Shown: piece by piece, positions 27,839 to 37,943 of the stretch
How positions within the stretch are numbered: the first letter of the stretch is position 1
Layout: each line of letters starts with the position of its first letter
Assembly: GCA_963700495.1 (NCBI GenBank)
Contig: CAVOXT010000002.1
Location: forward strand, 72,075 to 136,074
Direction of reading: 5' to 3'
Length of the DNA stretch: 64,000 bases
Origin: an uncultured Actinomycetes bacterium
Lineage (GTDB): Bacteria; Actinomycetota; Thermoleophilia; Gaiellales; Gaiellaceae
The notes under the pieces: generated by a model
Told to the model about the DNA's origin: nothing
Databases searched by the model: none
Seen by the model: the letters and a program-made list of their open reading frames with translations, nothing else
Translations under genes and position numbers: made by a program

Positions 27839-28402
27839 TCACCCCGGAGCTCCGTACAGCTTCACCGTCCGATAGAGCTTCACGCGCTGTCGGCCGGAAA
27901 CGAGGTCGGACACGAGCCGATCGAGGCCTTGACAGGCGTCGTCGAGCTGTTCTACGACCATCGTGGCGGCATCCGTTCCGAAGCCGGCGTGATAGCGCTT
28001 GAGCTCGAGGATCGAGATCCGGTCGAGGAGGTTTCCCGGCGTGATCAGGGCAGCCGGCTGCGTCTCGCTGCTGCCGTCGCGGTCACCCAGCTCCCGGATG
28101 AGGCGCTCGTCGAGCGCGTCGATACAGGCAACACGTCGGCGATTCGAGTCGTCGATGTCCCGCTTCAGCGCGGCCAGGCGGTTGGAGTTGTCGTAGCGCA
28201 CGCGGCACTCGTCCTCCAGATGCCACTGGAAACAGTTGATCAGGCACAGCTGGACCACTGAGCCCATCCAGTCGTTTTCTATCGCCGGAAAAGCCGCGGC
28301 TGCGGCGTCCCACTCGAGCGGCGGCTCACGTCTGTGCCACCTGTCGATGAGCGCCTCACACGCTGCGGCGAGTTCGCGACCCGGCGGGATCGACACGACC
28401 AA
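27839..28402 (-). CDS. DUF4254 family protein
   Basis: 'LCLINCFQWHLEDECR' matches the DUF4254 core (N-x-x-LWH-x-ED) as I recall it. 187 aa. Confidence 0.6.
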   Translation of the reverse strand: MVVSIPPGRELAAACEALIDRWHRREPPLEWDAAAAAFPAIENDWMGSVVQLCLINCFQWHLEDECRVRYDNSNRLAALKRDIDDSNRRRVACIDALDERLIRELGDRDGSSETQPAALITPGNLLDRISILELKRYHAGFGTDAATMVVEQLDDACQGLDRLVSDLVSGRQRVKLYRTVKLYGAPG

Positions 28403-28470
28403 GTCGCCGCAGTCTACGCGGTGACCGGCATCGGTTATCGTGCATCCGAGATTCCGAACGGAGGCGTGAG

Positions 28471-28857
28471 TTGATCAACCGCCCTACTGCTCTGGATCCT
28501 GGCGAGCTTCTCTCCCGGTTCAGGGCGTCCTACCGCAACTACTACAAGCTCTGGACGGCGACGTCCGTTCCGGACGGCACGGTCCTGGAGACGCCGGCAG
28601 CGCACCCGCTCGGCGAGGACGATCTGCCCGACGGCGCCCGCCGCCTGCTCGCGGCGTACCGCGAGGAGCATCCCAAGGAGCAGTTCGTCTTCCTCAAGTA
28701 CATGCGGATCGTCGACGGGGAGCCGGAGCTCGTAGTCGAGGACGAGTCCGACCTCCCGCCCGAGGAGGAGCTCCTCACGTTGAGCCAGACGGTCACGCTC
28801 AACACCAACCACCACGTTCGGGTGATCACCGACATCTTCGTCGCCCGGCGCGCCTGA
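28471..28857 (+). CDS. hypothetical protein
   Basis: 128 aa with protein-like composition and a TTG start. The stop overlaps the next ATG (TGATG). Confidence 0.5.
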   Translation: MINRPTALDPGELLSRFRASYRNYYKLWTATSVPDGTVLETPAAHPLGEDDLPDGARRLLAAYREEHPKEQFVFLKYMRIVDGEPELVVEDESDLPPEEELLTLSQTVTLNTNHHVRVITDIFVARRA

Positions 28858-29996
28858 TGGCCAACGACCCGTACGCCTTGAAGGGCGTGACGCCTCGGGT
28901 CGAAGTGACGGACGGCAACCGGGACCGGCCGCTGGTGCTGCTGCTGCACGGCGCGAAAGGAACGATCCTGGACATGGTGGACCCCGCCGCCGGGCCGGAC
29001 AACAACTACGACCACCTCGCCCCCCTCAGGCCGGAAGTCGCGATCGGACAGAGCGTGTATCCGGGGATAGGCATCTGGTCGTGCTGCGAGCTCGATGACA
29101 AGAAGGACGTTCGCAGCTGGCGCGACGTGCTCAGAGAGAACGACTTCGCGACGGCCGCGTACAGCCAGGTGGATCCCGACGGGCTCCTCGCTGCGCCGAT
29201 CGAGCAGCTTGTCGGCGTCGTGCAGACGCTGAAGCTGCCGCAGGACGGGCTCACCATCCCGGATGGCAAGGACTTGCCGGGCGCGTACAAGCCGTACGGG
29301 CGCATCGTGCTGCTCGCACACAGCCGTGGCGGCCTCCTGTCGCGGGCGTTCCTCAAGTCGTTCCCCGCCGAAGCGACGTCGATCACGACCCTCATCACCC
29401 TGCACTCCCCACACACCGGGAGCAGCCTGGGCAACCTCGCGGTCGACGTCACCGGCGCCATCGAGGACCTGCGCTCGGTGCTCGGCAACGTGGTCATCGA
29501 TGCGCTGGGTTGGCTTCGTGACATGGCCAACGCCCCGGTGTACACCGAGCTTGGTGTCGGCAGTCCGTTCCTGACCGACCTCGCCACGGACGAACTCCCG
29601 CTGAAGGGGATCGAGTACTTCACTTTCGGTGGCGTCAGCGTTCGCCTGACGCGCATCAAACAGTGGGTGTACACACTCGAGAGCGCTCTGCCGAAGTGGC
29701 GCTGGCCTCCGTACGACCACGCCCGGGTCGAGACCGAGGTGCCGGGCGCGTCGCCGGTCGCCAACTCTCTCCCGGACGTGATCGAGGAGCTCACCGAGGG
29801 CCGCGGTGACCTGCTCACGGCCGACAGCCGGACGCGCCTGCGGTTCGCCGACGACACGGTCGCAACCCACCAGACGAACCCGATCAACCATGCCGAGGCG
29901 CTGTGGGACCCGATCCTCCAGCAGCAGGTGCTGCGGATCCTCGGCGTCGAGATTCCAGGAGGTGACCGGCCGGGTGTCCCACCCTTCTGGGGATAA
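28857..29996 (+). CDS. alpha/beta hydrolase (lipase / PGAP1-like)
   Basis: 'LLLHGAKG', the nucleophile elbow 'LLAHSRGG' and 'LHSPHTGS' are present. Confidence 0.75.
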   Translation: MANDPYALKGVTPRVEVTDGNRDRPLVLLLHGAKGTILDMVDPAAGPDNNYDHLAPLRPEVAIGQSVYPGIGIWSCCELDDKKDVRSWRDVLRENDFATAAYSQVDPDGLLAAPIEQLVGVVQTLKLPQDGLTIPDGKDLPGAYKPYGRIVLLAHSRGGLLSRAFLKSFPAEATSITTLITLHSPHTGSSLGNLAVDVTGAIEDLRSVLGNVVIDALGWLRDMANAPVYTELGVGSPFLTDLATDELPLKGIEYFTFGGVSVRLTRIKQWVYTLESALPKWRWPPYDHARVETEVPGASPVANSLPDVIEELTEGRGDLLTADSRTRLRFADDTVATHQTNPINHAEALWDPILQQQVLRILGVEIPGGDRPGVPPFWG

Positions 29997-30336
29997 GAGC
30001 GACGAGCAGGCCATCCGGGAGCGAGCCGTAGCGGCCGGCCGCGCGGCCGAGCGCGTCGTCGCGCTCGCGCTCGATCGACTCGAGGGCCTGTCGCTCTGGG
30101 CGCTCGAGCAGGCGGCCGACGCCCAGCCGGAGAGCGATCGGCTGCGCACGGCCGAGCAGCGCCTGAGCCGGGCGCGGTCGTTCGCGGCCCCCCTCCCCCG
30201 GGTCGCAGGGCGGCTGGTCGCCGGCTCGACCTACTTCGGCGGCCGGTTGGCCCCGGAGGTGGTCCGCTCCGCCAAGGAGATCCTGGGCGAGACGTCGGAG
30301 TTCCTGAACTCCGACCGCGACCCGCAGGACGACTGA
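29997..30336 (+). CDS. helical hypothetical ORF without a canonical start (may be a C-terminal extension of the hydrolase via a frame break)
   Basis: This is the tail of ORF 29806..30336 (SDEQAIRERAVAAGRAAERVVALALDRLEGLSLW..). It looks protein-like, but it has no ATG/GTG/TTG until its last third. Confidence 0.3.
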
Positions 30337-30405
30337 TCCAGGCGGGGTCGCCTACGTCCCACTCGACCGAGCAGTTCCCTCCGGCCGCCCTGGCCGGGGA
30401 CATCG

Positions 30406-31379
30406 ATGCCTTCCTGGCCCAGATCGGGCGCGAGCTCGAGCCGCACTTCCAGCGCGCGATCGACCGCATTCCCGAGATCGAGTCGCTCAAGGAGGGTGTC
30501 GTCTTCCAGGTGCTGAGCGGCGGCAAGCGCGTCAGGGCCGCGCTGTGCGCAGCCGTGTGCGAGGTCTTCTCCGGCAGCTACCGCCAGGCGCTCGGTTTCG
30601 CAGCCGCGCTGGAGCACCTCCAGAACTTCACGCTCGTGCACGACGACATCGCCGACGGTGACGTGGAGCGGCGCGGCCGGGAGTCGGCCTGGAAGCGCTT
30701 CGGGCTCGCACACGGAATCAACATCGGCGACGTCTTCATACCGCTCAGCGGGCTGGCGATTCTCGAGACCGACCTGGACGTCCAGACGAAGATGCGTCTG
30801 TTCCGGGTTCTCGCCGACAACGGCCTGGAGGTCGTCGAGGGGCAGAGCCTCGACATCAACCTGCGGGCGAACGACGCCCCGAGCGAGGCGGCGTACGTGG
30901 CCTGCACCGCCAAGAAGACCGGCGCCTTCTTCGCGATGGCGATCGTCGGCGGCGGAGTCATCGGCGGCGCGACAGAGCACCAGCTCGAGGACCTCGGGGT
31001 GTTCGCGCACGACGCCGGCGTGGCGTTCCAGATCAAGGACGACCTGCTCGACGTGATCGGAGGGAAGGGCCGCACGCTGGGATCCGACGTCATGGAAGGC
31101 AAGCGGACGGTGATGGTCGCCTACGCGCTCGAGCGGGCATCGGAGTCAGACGGACAGCGGCTCGTGGAGATCCTCAACCGGCATCGCGACCGCACCACCG
31201 CCTCGGACGTCGCCTGGGTCCACCGGCTATTCGACCGGACGGGCGCGCGGGCGCGCGCCGAGGCGACCGCCGAGCGGCGCATGTCTGAGGCGATCGACCG
31301 CCTGCACAGCCTGCCCCAGACGTCGGCGAAGTACCGCTTCCTTCGACTCTGCCGGTACCTCACGCGACGGGAGCACTGA
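30406..31379 (+). CDS. trans-polyprenyl diphosphate synthase, second copy
   Basis: ORF 30510..31379 carries 'LVHDDIADGD', 'FQIKDDLLD' and 'GGKRVRAAL'. The family N-terminus (AFLAQIGRELEPHFQRAIDRIPEIESLKEGVVFQ) continues upstream in frame with no start codon. The ATG at 30406 is one base out of frame; 'atg gcc ttc' may have become 'atgccttc'. Confidence 0.8.
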
Positions 31380-31381
31380 GC

Positions 31382-31401
31382 CCGAGCCGCCGAAGGCTCG
31401 G
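31382..31401 (+). terminator. stem-loop CCGAGCC-gccgaa-GGCTCGG directly after the polyprenyl synthase stop
   Basis: A perfect 7-bp stem starts 3 nt after the TGA, with no U-tract. It is followed by a 150-nt non-coding gap. Confidence 0.4.
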
Positions 31402-31531
31402 AGACTTGTAACACGGAGCCCGCGTAGGAGAGACTAGGAACAAGCCTCTCCGACGCCACAGGGGGACGCTAATCGCCGCAGACGGTCTTGAGGATGCGAG
31501 GCTGGAACAGGCCATCGCGTATCTGTCCAGC

Positions 31532-32197
31532 TTGCTCGGAGACGAGGGCTCTTCGGCTGCCCAACTCGCGCCCTGGCAGGAACCGCCCGTGCGGGTCCCG
31601 ATGCTCAGCGGCCGAGTCAGCGCCACCGACCGGCTGAGCTGGTGGTTCCGGCCGACGGCGGACGGCCGCGATCCGTGGGACAGCTTCTTCGAGCAGTCGG
31701 CGACCTCGTTCGTCGAGGAGGCCGCGTCGCCGCCGGCTGGTCCGGCCGCGCCTGCGGAGCCGCCGGGCCGGCGTGCCGCCCTGCGGCTTCTCCTTGCCGA
31801 GCCCGACGAGGAGATGATGGATTCGGACGCCGAAGCCGTGGTCACGTGCCTCTACGACTTCGTGCACGCAGTGGGGCGAGGCGACGTCGTAACCGCGGTC
31901 GAGGAGTGCGTCGCGCCCGAGTACCACGCGATGGAAGACGACGTCGAGGTCGATCGCGACGCGCTGGCTGCGCAGCTCCACGCTCAGCTCGACCGGTTGC
32001 GGGGCTGGGAGATCGACGTCTCGCTCGTCGAGATACCCGAGCCGATCCTGCATCCGGACGGCATCCTCGTCTACACGGAGTTCCAGATCGAGGCCACCAA
32101 GGACGGAGCTCGACAGACTGTCCTCCACCGCCGGTTGGCGGTGTTCCGCCAGGGGCGCGATCGACGCTGGCGGATCGCCGCACTGAGCCCCGTCTGA
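31532..32197 (+). CDS. hypothetical protein (C-terminal NTF2/SnoaL-like fold suspected)
   Basis: 221 aa. The second half (VVTCLYDFVHAVGRGDVVTAVEECVAPEYHAMEDD..RRWRIAAL) has an NTF2-like pattern. The start is uncertain (TTG at 31532 or ATG at 31601). Confidence 0.5.
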   Translation: MLGDEGSSAAQLAPWQEPPVRVPMLSGRVSATDRLSWWFRPTADGRDPWDSFFEQSATSFVEEAASPPAGPAAPAEPPGRRAALRLLLAEPDEEMMDSDAEAVVTCLYDFVHAVGRGDVVTAVEECVAPEYHAMEDDVEVDRDALAAQLHAQLDRLRGWEIDVSLVEIPEPILHPDGILVYTEFQIEATKDGARQTVLHRRLAVFRQGRDRRWRIAALSPV

Positions 32198-32203
32198 GGC
32201 GGC

Positions 32204-33892
32204 GTGAAGGCGTTCTCGCACCCTCCCCAGGTGCCCGCCCAGCCCGAGGCGGTACTGCCGGCCGTGATGCTGTCGCGCTACCTCTTCTTTCTCACGCAGC
32301 GGCCGATCAGCCGAAGCAACACGCACTACGTCCGGCAGCGCATCCACGGCATGCAGTCGCTCGGCCGGCTGTTGGAGGAAGCCGACCACGAGCTCATGTC
32401 GGCGAGCCTTCGCCTCCTGCAGACGCTCGATCCCGGCAACCTGCACGAGACTTCCGAGCGCCTCCAGCTGACCCTCTTCCCCTTCGCACGAGCGGACATC
32501 CCGGCCACGTACATCAGCGCCGACGCGCCGCCGCCTCCCGAGTTCCTTCGTTCGTGCGAGCGCATCCTCCTGGTGCTGGGACCGGCGATCGGGATCGGGG
32601 ACGAGATCGTCACGTTCCCACTCCCCCAGTGGATCAAGCGGGCGAATCCGGCTGCTCACCTGACGACCCTCACCGCATACGAGGGCCTCTGGGACGGAGT
32701 GGCCGCCGTCGACCGTGTCGCCACCTACCGCGACTTCGCCGCCGTCGTCGGTGCGATGCGAGGCGACGACGACATCGGCAAGGCCGACCTCGTGCTCCTC
32801 GTCGACTTCGAGAACCCGGAGCTCTATCGGGCGGTCACCGCGGAGAAGGAGATCGCGAAGTACGCAGAGCTGTCGCTCGGCGCCCGCGTCCTCGCAGCGG
32901 TCGACAACGTCGAGGGCTGGACGTACCACCAGACGCTGCCTGTTGCCTACTTCAGGAACGTCTACGACGGCTTCGACGAGTTGGCCCGCTGCCTCGGCGT
33001 CACTCCGGACCCGGCCGATCGGCTCGACCCGAGCTCCAGCAGCGGCGACGGGAGCGGTGAGCTGCGCGTGTTCGTGTCACCGTTCTCGTCGAAGTACGAC
33101 CCGTCGCCGCGTTACTGGAGCACGCTCTTGTCGACGCTGATCCCGGACGGCGCAGGACGGGCGGTGCAGTTCGTCCTCGACCCCGGGCCGAACTCGACCA
33201 CGCATCGGTTCGCGACCGAGGTCGCCCGCGCAGCGGCGGCCCGCGGCAGGCAGGCCGCGGTCTCGTATGCCGTTGCGGGCGCCGACGGAGGGCGGCTTCC
33301 CCTGTCAGGCGTCTTCGAGGAGCTGAAGCGCGCGGACGTCGTGGTGTGCGCGGATTCGTTCGCGGCGCACGCGGCCCCGCGCATGGCGTGCACGACGCTC
33401 GTGGTCGCGAGCCCCGGTCTCGAGAACTGGAGGGTCCCGAGCGACCGCAGCTACTACTTCGACGCCGAGACGCCGATCGGCGAGCTCGTAGCCGGCATGC
33501 GCCAGATCCTCGAGCTGCACGGCATCGGGCAGACGGTCACGGCTCGACCGTCGGTCGGTGACGCCGAGGAACGTCTCGCCCACGCCGACGCCGAGCTCGA
33601 ACGCGCCGTGGCGGCGAACGCGAGCCTCGTGGAACTCTGCGCAGCGTACGAGCGGTTCCGCGCAGCGAGGGACGAGGTGGTCAACCGGCTCGAGGCCTGG
33701 CCTCCGTCCGCCGCAACGCTCACCGGCGACTACGCGTACGAGATTCCCGCACGGGACCTGAACGGGGACCACACCTTCCCCGCGGGGCTCGAGCCGGATA
33801 CGCGGATCTTCGTGAAGAACCACTGGCTGACGTGGCGGAACACGAATCTCCGCAAGTACCTGGACTCCCGCCTGGAGGAGACCCGCGCATGA
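32204..33892 (+). CDS. glycosyltransferase family 9 (heptosyltransferase)-like protein with long extensions
   Basis: 'RILLVLGPAIGIGDEIVTFPL' and 'ADVVVCADSFAAHAA' resemble the two GT9 core motifs. 562 aa. Confidence 0.6.
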   Translation: MKAFSHPPQVPAQPEAVLPAVMLSRYLFFLTQRPISRSNTHYVRQRIHGMQSLGRLLEEADHELMSASLRLLQTLDPGNLHETSERLQLTLFPFARADIPATYISADAPPPPEFLRSCERILLVLGPAIGIGDEIVTFPLPQWIKRANPAAHLTTLTAYEGLWDGVAAVDRVATYRDFAAVVGAMRGDDDIGKADLVLLVDFENPELYRAVTAEKEIAKYAELSLGARVLAAVDNVEGWTYHQTLPVAYFRNVYDGFDELARCLGVTPDPADRLDPSSSSGDGSGELRVFVSPFSSKYDPSPRYWSTLLSTLIPDGAGRAVQFVLDPGPNSTTHRFATEVARAAAARGRQAAVSYAVAGADGGRLPLSGVFEELKRADVVVCADSFAAHAAPRMACTTLVVASPGLENWRVPSDRSYYFDAETPIGELVAGMRQILELHGIGQTVTARPSVGDAEERLAHADAELERAVAANASLVELCAAYERFRAARDEVVNRLEAWPPSAATLTGDYAYEIPARDLNGDHTFPAGLEPDTRIFVKNHWLTWRNTNLRKYLDSRLEETRA

Positions 33893-34950
33893 TCGCCGCC
33901 GCAGATGTCTCGGTGGAGAGCGCCCGCGCGGTGTTCGCACGTCGGCTCGCGCGAGGACTCGACAGCGTCAGCAGGGGCCAGCACCCGAGCGGCGAGATGC
34001 TGTCGTTCCGCCGCGACCGGGAGGGCAACTACACGTACATCCGAAGCCCGTTCCTGTCGACGTTCGTGCACGACGCGCTCGCCTGCTTCGATCCGACCTC
34101 GCCCGGCTGGCTCGACGGCAGTCTCGAGCTGCTTCCCGAGCGCTCACAGGCGCGTTTCGTGCGGACCGTCGTGGAGCTGCGGCAGCGGATTCGCAGCTTC
34201 CTGATCTGGCAGCAGGAGGCGACCGGCTACTGGCGGTTCTTCGGACGGGGGAGCGGCATCGACCCGGACGTGAACTCGACCGCGTGCGCCTCGGTGGCGT
34301 TGCTCGAAGGGCACGGCGTCCGGAGCCTGACGCGGTGGGAGCTCCAGCAGTCGCTGATCCTCTCGTTCCGCTCGGCGGACGGCCCGTTCTTCACGTTCCT
34401 GAAGCCGCGGCAAGGCGGATACGGGTGGCTGAGCGACGAGGGCGTTCCGGTCGTCGGCTTCGACCGCGTGGTCAACGCGGAGGTGCTTCGCTACCTCGCC
34501 CGAGTGGGCCGTGGCGCGACGCCCGAGGCGAGCAGCCTCGCCGACTGGCTGCTCGGCGAGACAACCGGGACGGACGCCCTGACCGGCTCGCCGCTCTACC
34601 CCAATCCGGTCTCCTTCGTGTACGTCCTCGGCAGGGCTCTCGAAGAGTCAGACGTGCCCGCCCTGAACGAGGCACTGCTGCGGCTGGTGCTACGGCTGCA
34701 GCAGGCCGACGGCGGCTTCGGCGGCCCGCTGAGCACTGCGATGGGCGCGACGACGATGCTCACCCTCGGCCACCGCGGCTCCGAGCTGGACTCGGCCCGG
34801 CTGGCGGTGCTGCGGGCGCGTGGCTCCGGCGACTCGTGGACGTACGAAGACTTCGTCGTCCACGGCTTCGGCGCTCCGGCGTGGACGACGGCGCTCTCGA
34901 TGGCATTCCTTGCTCGCCACCACTGCGCGACAGGCGAGGCTCCGGCATGA
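33889..34950 (+). CDS. prenyltransferase/terpene-cyclase-like alpha/alpha-toroid protein
   Basis: The ATG at 33889 overlaps the upstream stop (ATGA). QW-like repeats are present: 'WQQEATGYWRFFG', 'RSADGPFF' and 'LQQADGGFGG'. Confidence 0.6.
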   Translation: MIAAADVSVESARAVFARRLARGLDSVSRGQHPSGEMLSFRRDREGNYTYIRSPFLSTFVHDALACFDPTSPGWLDGSLELLPERSQARFVRTVVELRQRIRSFLIWQQEATGYWRFFGRGSGIDPDVNSTACASVALLEGHGVRSLTRWELQQSLILSFRSADGPFFTFLKPRQGGYGWLSDEGVPVVGFDRVVNAEVLRYLARVGRGATPEASSLADWLLGETTGTDALTGSPLYPNPVSFVYVLGRALEESDVPALNEALLRLVLRLQQADGGFGGPLSTAMGATTMLTLGHRGSELDSARLAVLRARGSGDSWTYEDFVVHGFGAPAWTTALSMAFLARHHCATGEAPA

Positions 34951-36031
34951 CGACGACGCGCACCGACCTGCTCGGGACAATCGACGCACTCCACGAGGCG
35001 TGCGCGGGAAACGCAAGCGCTTCAAAGCCGACCGCGGCGAGCAGATCGACGGCTACCGCAGCTTGATCAGCGCAGGGATCGACGACGCGCTCGCGCAGCT
35101 GCAGGTCGAGATGTCGGAGCTCTCTGCGGGAAACGAGGTCGTCCAGCAGGTCGCCGAGCAGATGTCGGCATACGTCGCGTGGATGCAGTGGTCGCTCTGG
35201 GATCTCCCGGTTCTGGCGGTGGCGCTCGACCCGGATCCCGACGAGTTTCGCGACGCCGTCACCGCGTGCGGCCTTGCCTACATCGCGATCCGCGCGTTCG
35301 ACGACGTGATCGACCAGCACTTCACCTACAAGGGGCGGCGGGACACGCTGCTCGGCACGGTCAGCGCCACCTACGCAGACACGCAGCAGGCCAGAGGACT
35401 CAGCACGCTCGCCGGGTTGCTGCTGTGCTTCGAGGGTCTCGGCCGGCTCGCATCGCGAGGCGACCGCCGCCGCGACGCTCACAGGCGTGCTCGGCTCGCT
35501 CCGGCGGGCCGTGATCGGGGCGATGATGGAGTACACCCCCGCGCGGCAGTGGTCCGACGAGGACTACGTGCGGATGGTGCGGCTGAAGAACGTCGACTAC
35601 TGGCGGGCGCTGTACTCCGCCGTCGACCCGGAGCGCGCCTCCCCGCTCTACCCGTTCCTGGAGCGCTACTACGAGGTCGCCCAGTACCTGAACGACGTCG
35701 AGGACTACGACGACGACGTCCGGCGCGGACAGCCCAACCTGCTCGCGCTGCACGGCAACGGCAACGGCAACTGCAGGCCGGTCGACGATCCGCGGCCGTG
35801 GGCCGTGACCGACCAGATCGAGGCGATGCTCGCCGACCGGGTGCTCGATCTGGGGACGGTGGCCGCGGGCCTCGACGCCACCGAGCGGGCCGTCGCCGAG
35901 TCGAAGCTGGCCGACCTGCTCGACGCCGCGCGGGGCGCGGGGCTCTTCGCGGACGGCGCGCGGCGACAACGGACGCCGGAGGCCGTCGACGCCCTCGAGC
36001 TCTACCCGTTCTCCGAGCTCGACGGACGTGA
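34947..36031 (+). pseudogene. class-I terpenoid-synthase-fold protein (at least 3 frame breaks)
   Basis: The start overlaps the upstream stop (ATGA). Pieces lie in three listed ORFs: 34284..35066 (tail: MTTTRTDLLGTIDALHEA), 34820..36031 (AIRAFDDVIDQHF) and 35487..36560 (YYEVAQYLNDVEDYDDDVRRGQPN). The end is inferred from a GTGA overlap at 36028-36031. Confidence 0.5.
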
Positions 36032-36875
36032 TCGAGCAGGGCGGGCGGCAGGTCGATCGTCGACGTGCCCTGCGGTGCGTGCGGAAGCGGCGACCGGCGC
36101 GATCTCTTCCGCAAGCAGGGATTCCGCTTCCATCGCTGCCGCTCGTGCAGCGCACGTGTACGTCAGTCCTCGCATCTCCGACGACCTCCACGACAGGGTC
36201 CGTCGCCGTCCGACGACGGCGGGCCTCCCGACAAGTACCTCGAGGTGCAGCGCATCTACGCCGAGCACATCTGCGACCTGCTCCGGCAGCGGACACCCGG
36301 CGCGCGGCTGCTGGACATCGGCTTCGGGCGCGGCTACGTGCTGCAGATGGCCCAGGTGTACGGGTTCGAGGCCTACGGCCTCGACAGCTCTCCCGCAAGG
36401 GTCGAGCCGATGCTGCCGCTGTTCGGGCACCGCGTCGCGCACGCCGTCGTCGGGCGAGACCCGTTTCCGTGGGACTCGTTCGACGTCGTCGTCTTCAGCC
36501 ACGTGCTCGAGCATCTCCCGAACCCCGGCGGTGCGCTCGTCGACATCGCCTCGATCATGAATCCGGGCGGCTGGCTCTACGTCGCCGTACCCGACGTCGA
36601 CTCGATGGACTTCAAGATCTTCGGCAAGCACTGGGACGTCATCAGCCCGCTCGTCCACCTCCAGTACTTCACGGAGGAGTCGCTGACGCGCGTCCTCGAG
36701 TCCAGCGGCTTCCAGGACGTCCAGCGCATCCGGCATCCCCACCTGCGCGACGAGGTCTCGCCGCGGTGGATGCGGCTGATGCGCCAGCTCGGCGGAAGCG
36801 AGTTGAGCGAGCTGACGATGCTCGCCAAGGTGCCCGACGACCCGGCGTTCTTTCCGGTCGAGGACGGCGGGCTGA
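36028..36875 (+). pseudogene. class I SAM-dependent methyltransferase with N-terminal zinc ribbon (about 3-4 frame breaks)
   Basis: The main body lies in ORF 36065..36991 (CGACGS..RCRSC, 'LLDIGFGRGY', 'VVVFSHVLEHLPNP'). The segment 'HVYVSPRISDDLHD' is readable only in another frame between about 36150 and 36200. Confidence 0.7.
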
Positions 36876-36876
36876 C

Positions 36877-37943
36877 GTGCGGGTCCTCGTGCTCACGGCC
36901 GACTACGCGCCGGGCGCCTGGTCCGGGATCGGGACCGCGGTGGCCGTGCAGGCTGCGGCGGTCGCCCGGCGGGGTTTGGACGTCGACGTGATGGTCCCGG
37001 AGGACCGCATCGCGCGAGGTGCGGCGCAGACCGCGCGGCTGCGAGTGCGTCCGTTGAACCGCTCACGCTTTCCGTGCAGGCCGGACGACTTCGACGTCGT
37101 CCACCTCCACTCGCTCGGGTTCACCGAGCTGGCGCTGCAGATCCGGAGCAGGTTCGGCATCCCGCTCGTCTACACCGCGCACGCGTCGCTCCGCGACGAG
37201 CTTCCCAGGCAGACCCTCCGGGTGGACGCGGGTGCAGGACCTCGTGATCGCTCGGAGCGACCACGTCGTGTTCCCGAGCGCGGCCGAGCGGGCTGCGGCG
37301 ACGCACCGTACGCCCGGCCTGGCGAAGCGGAGCAGCGTGCACCCGAACGGCGTCCCTCCCGCCGTCGTGCACTGCGACGCCTCCGCAAGAACCGGGCCGA
37401 TCGTGTTCGCCGGACGGTTTGCGGAGACGAAGGGCCTGGCGCTGCTGAGCGAGATCGTCGACTCGCTCGACGGCCACCCGGCGATCCGCTTCGTGCTCGC
37501 CGGTGGGCACGCGGAGCCTGCAGGCCGCCGCATGGTCGCCGATCTCGTCGCCCGCCATCCCGAACGGTGCCGGACCGTCGGTTGGCTCGCGCCGGCCGCG
37601 CTGCAGCGGCTGTTCGCGAGGGCGAGCATGGTGCTGGTGCCGAGCCGGTACGAGCCGTTCGGACTGGTGGCGCTCGAGGCGATGCGGGCGGGGGCGCCCG
37701 TCCTCGCCGCTGCGACCGGAGGGCTCCGCGAGGTCGTCGGCCCGGGATCGGGCGGCCTCCTCGTCCGCTCCCGACGCCCCGAAGACTGGTGCGCGGCCAT
37801 CCTCGAGCTCTGGAGATCACCGGGGCTGCGGACCTCGCTGGCACGACGCGGCCCAAGCTACGTCGCAGAGCGCTACGACCCGGACACCCTGGCGGGTGCG
37901 CTGGTCGACGAGGTGTACCGGCCGCTCGCCGCGGGAGGTGTGA
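36877..37943 (+). pseudogene. GT4-family (GT-B) glycosyltransferase (frame break near 37205)
   Basis: The N-terminal half lies in ORF 36028..38493 (VRVLVLTADYAPGAWSGIG..VHLHS). The C-terminal half lies in ORF 37232..38050 (FAGRFAETKG, 'PSRYEPFGLVALEAMRAGAPV'). Confidence 0.75.
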
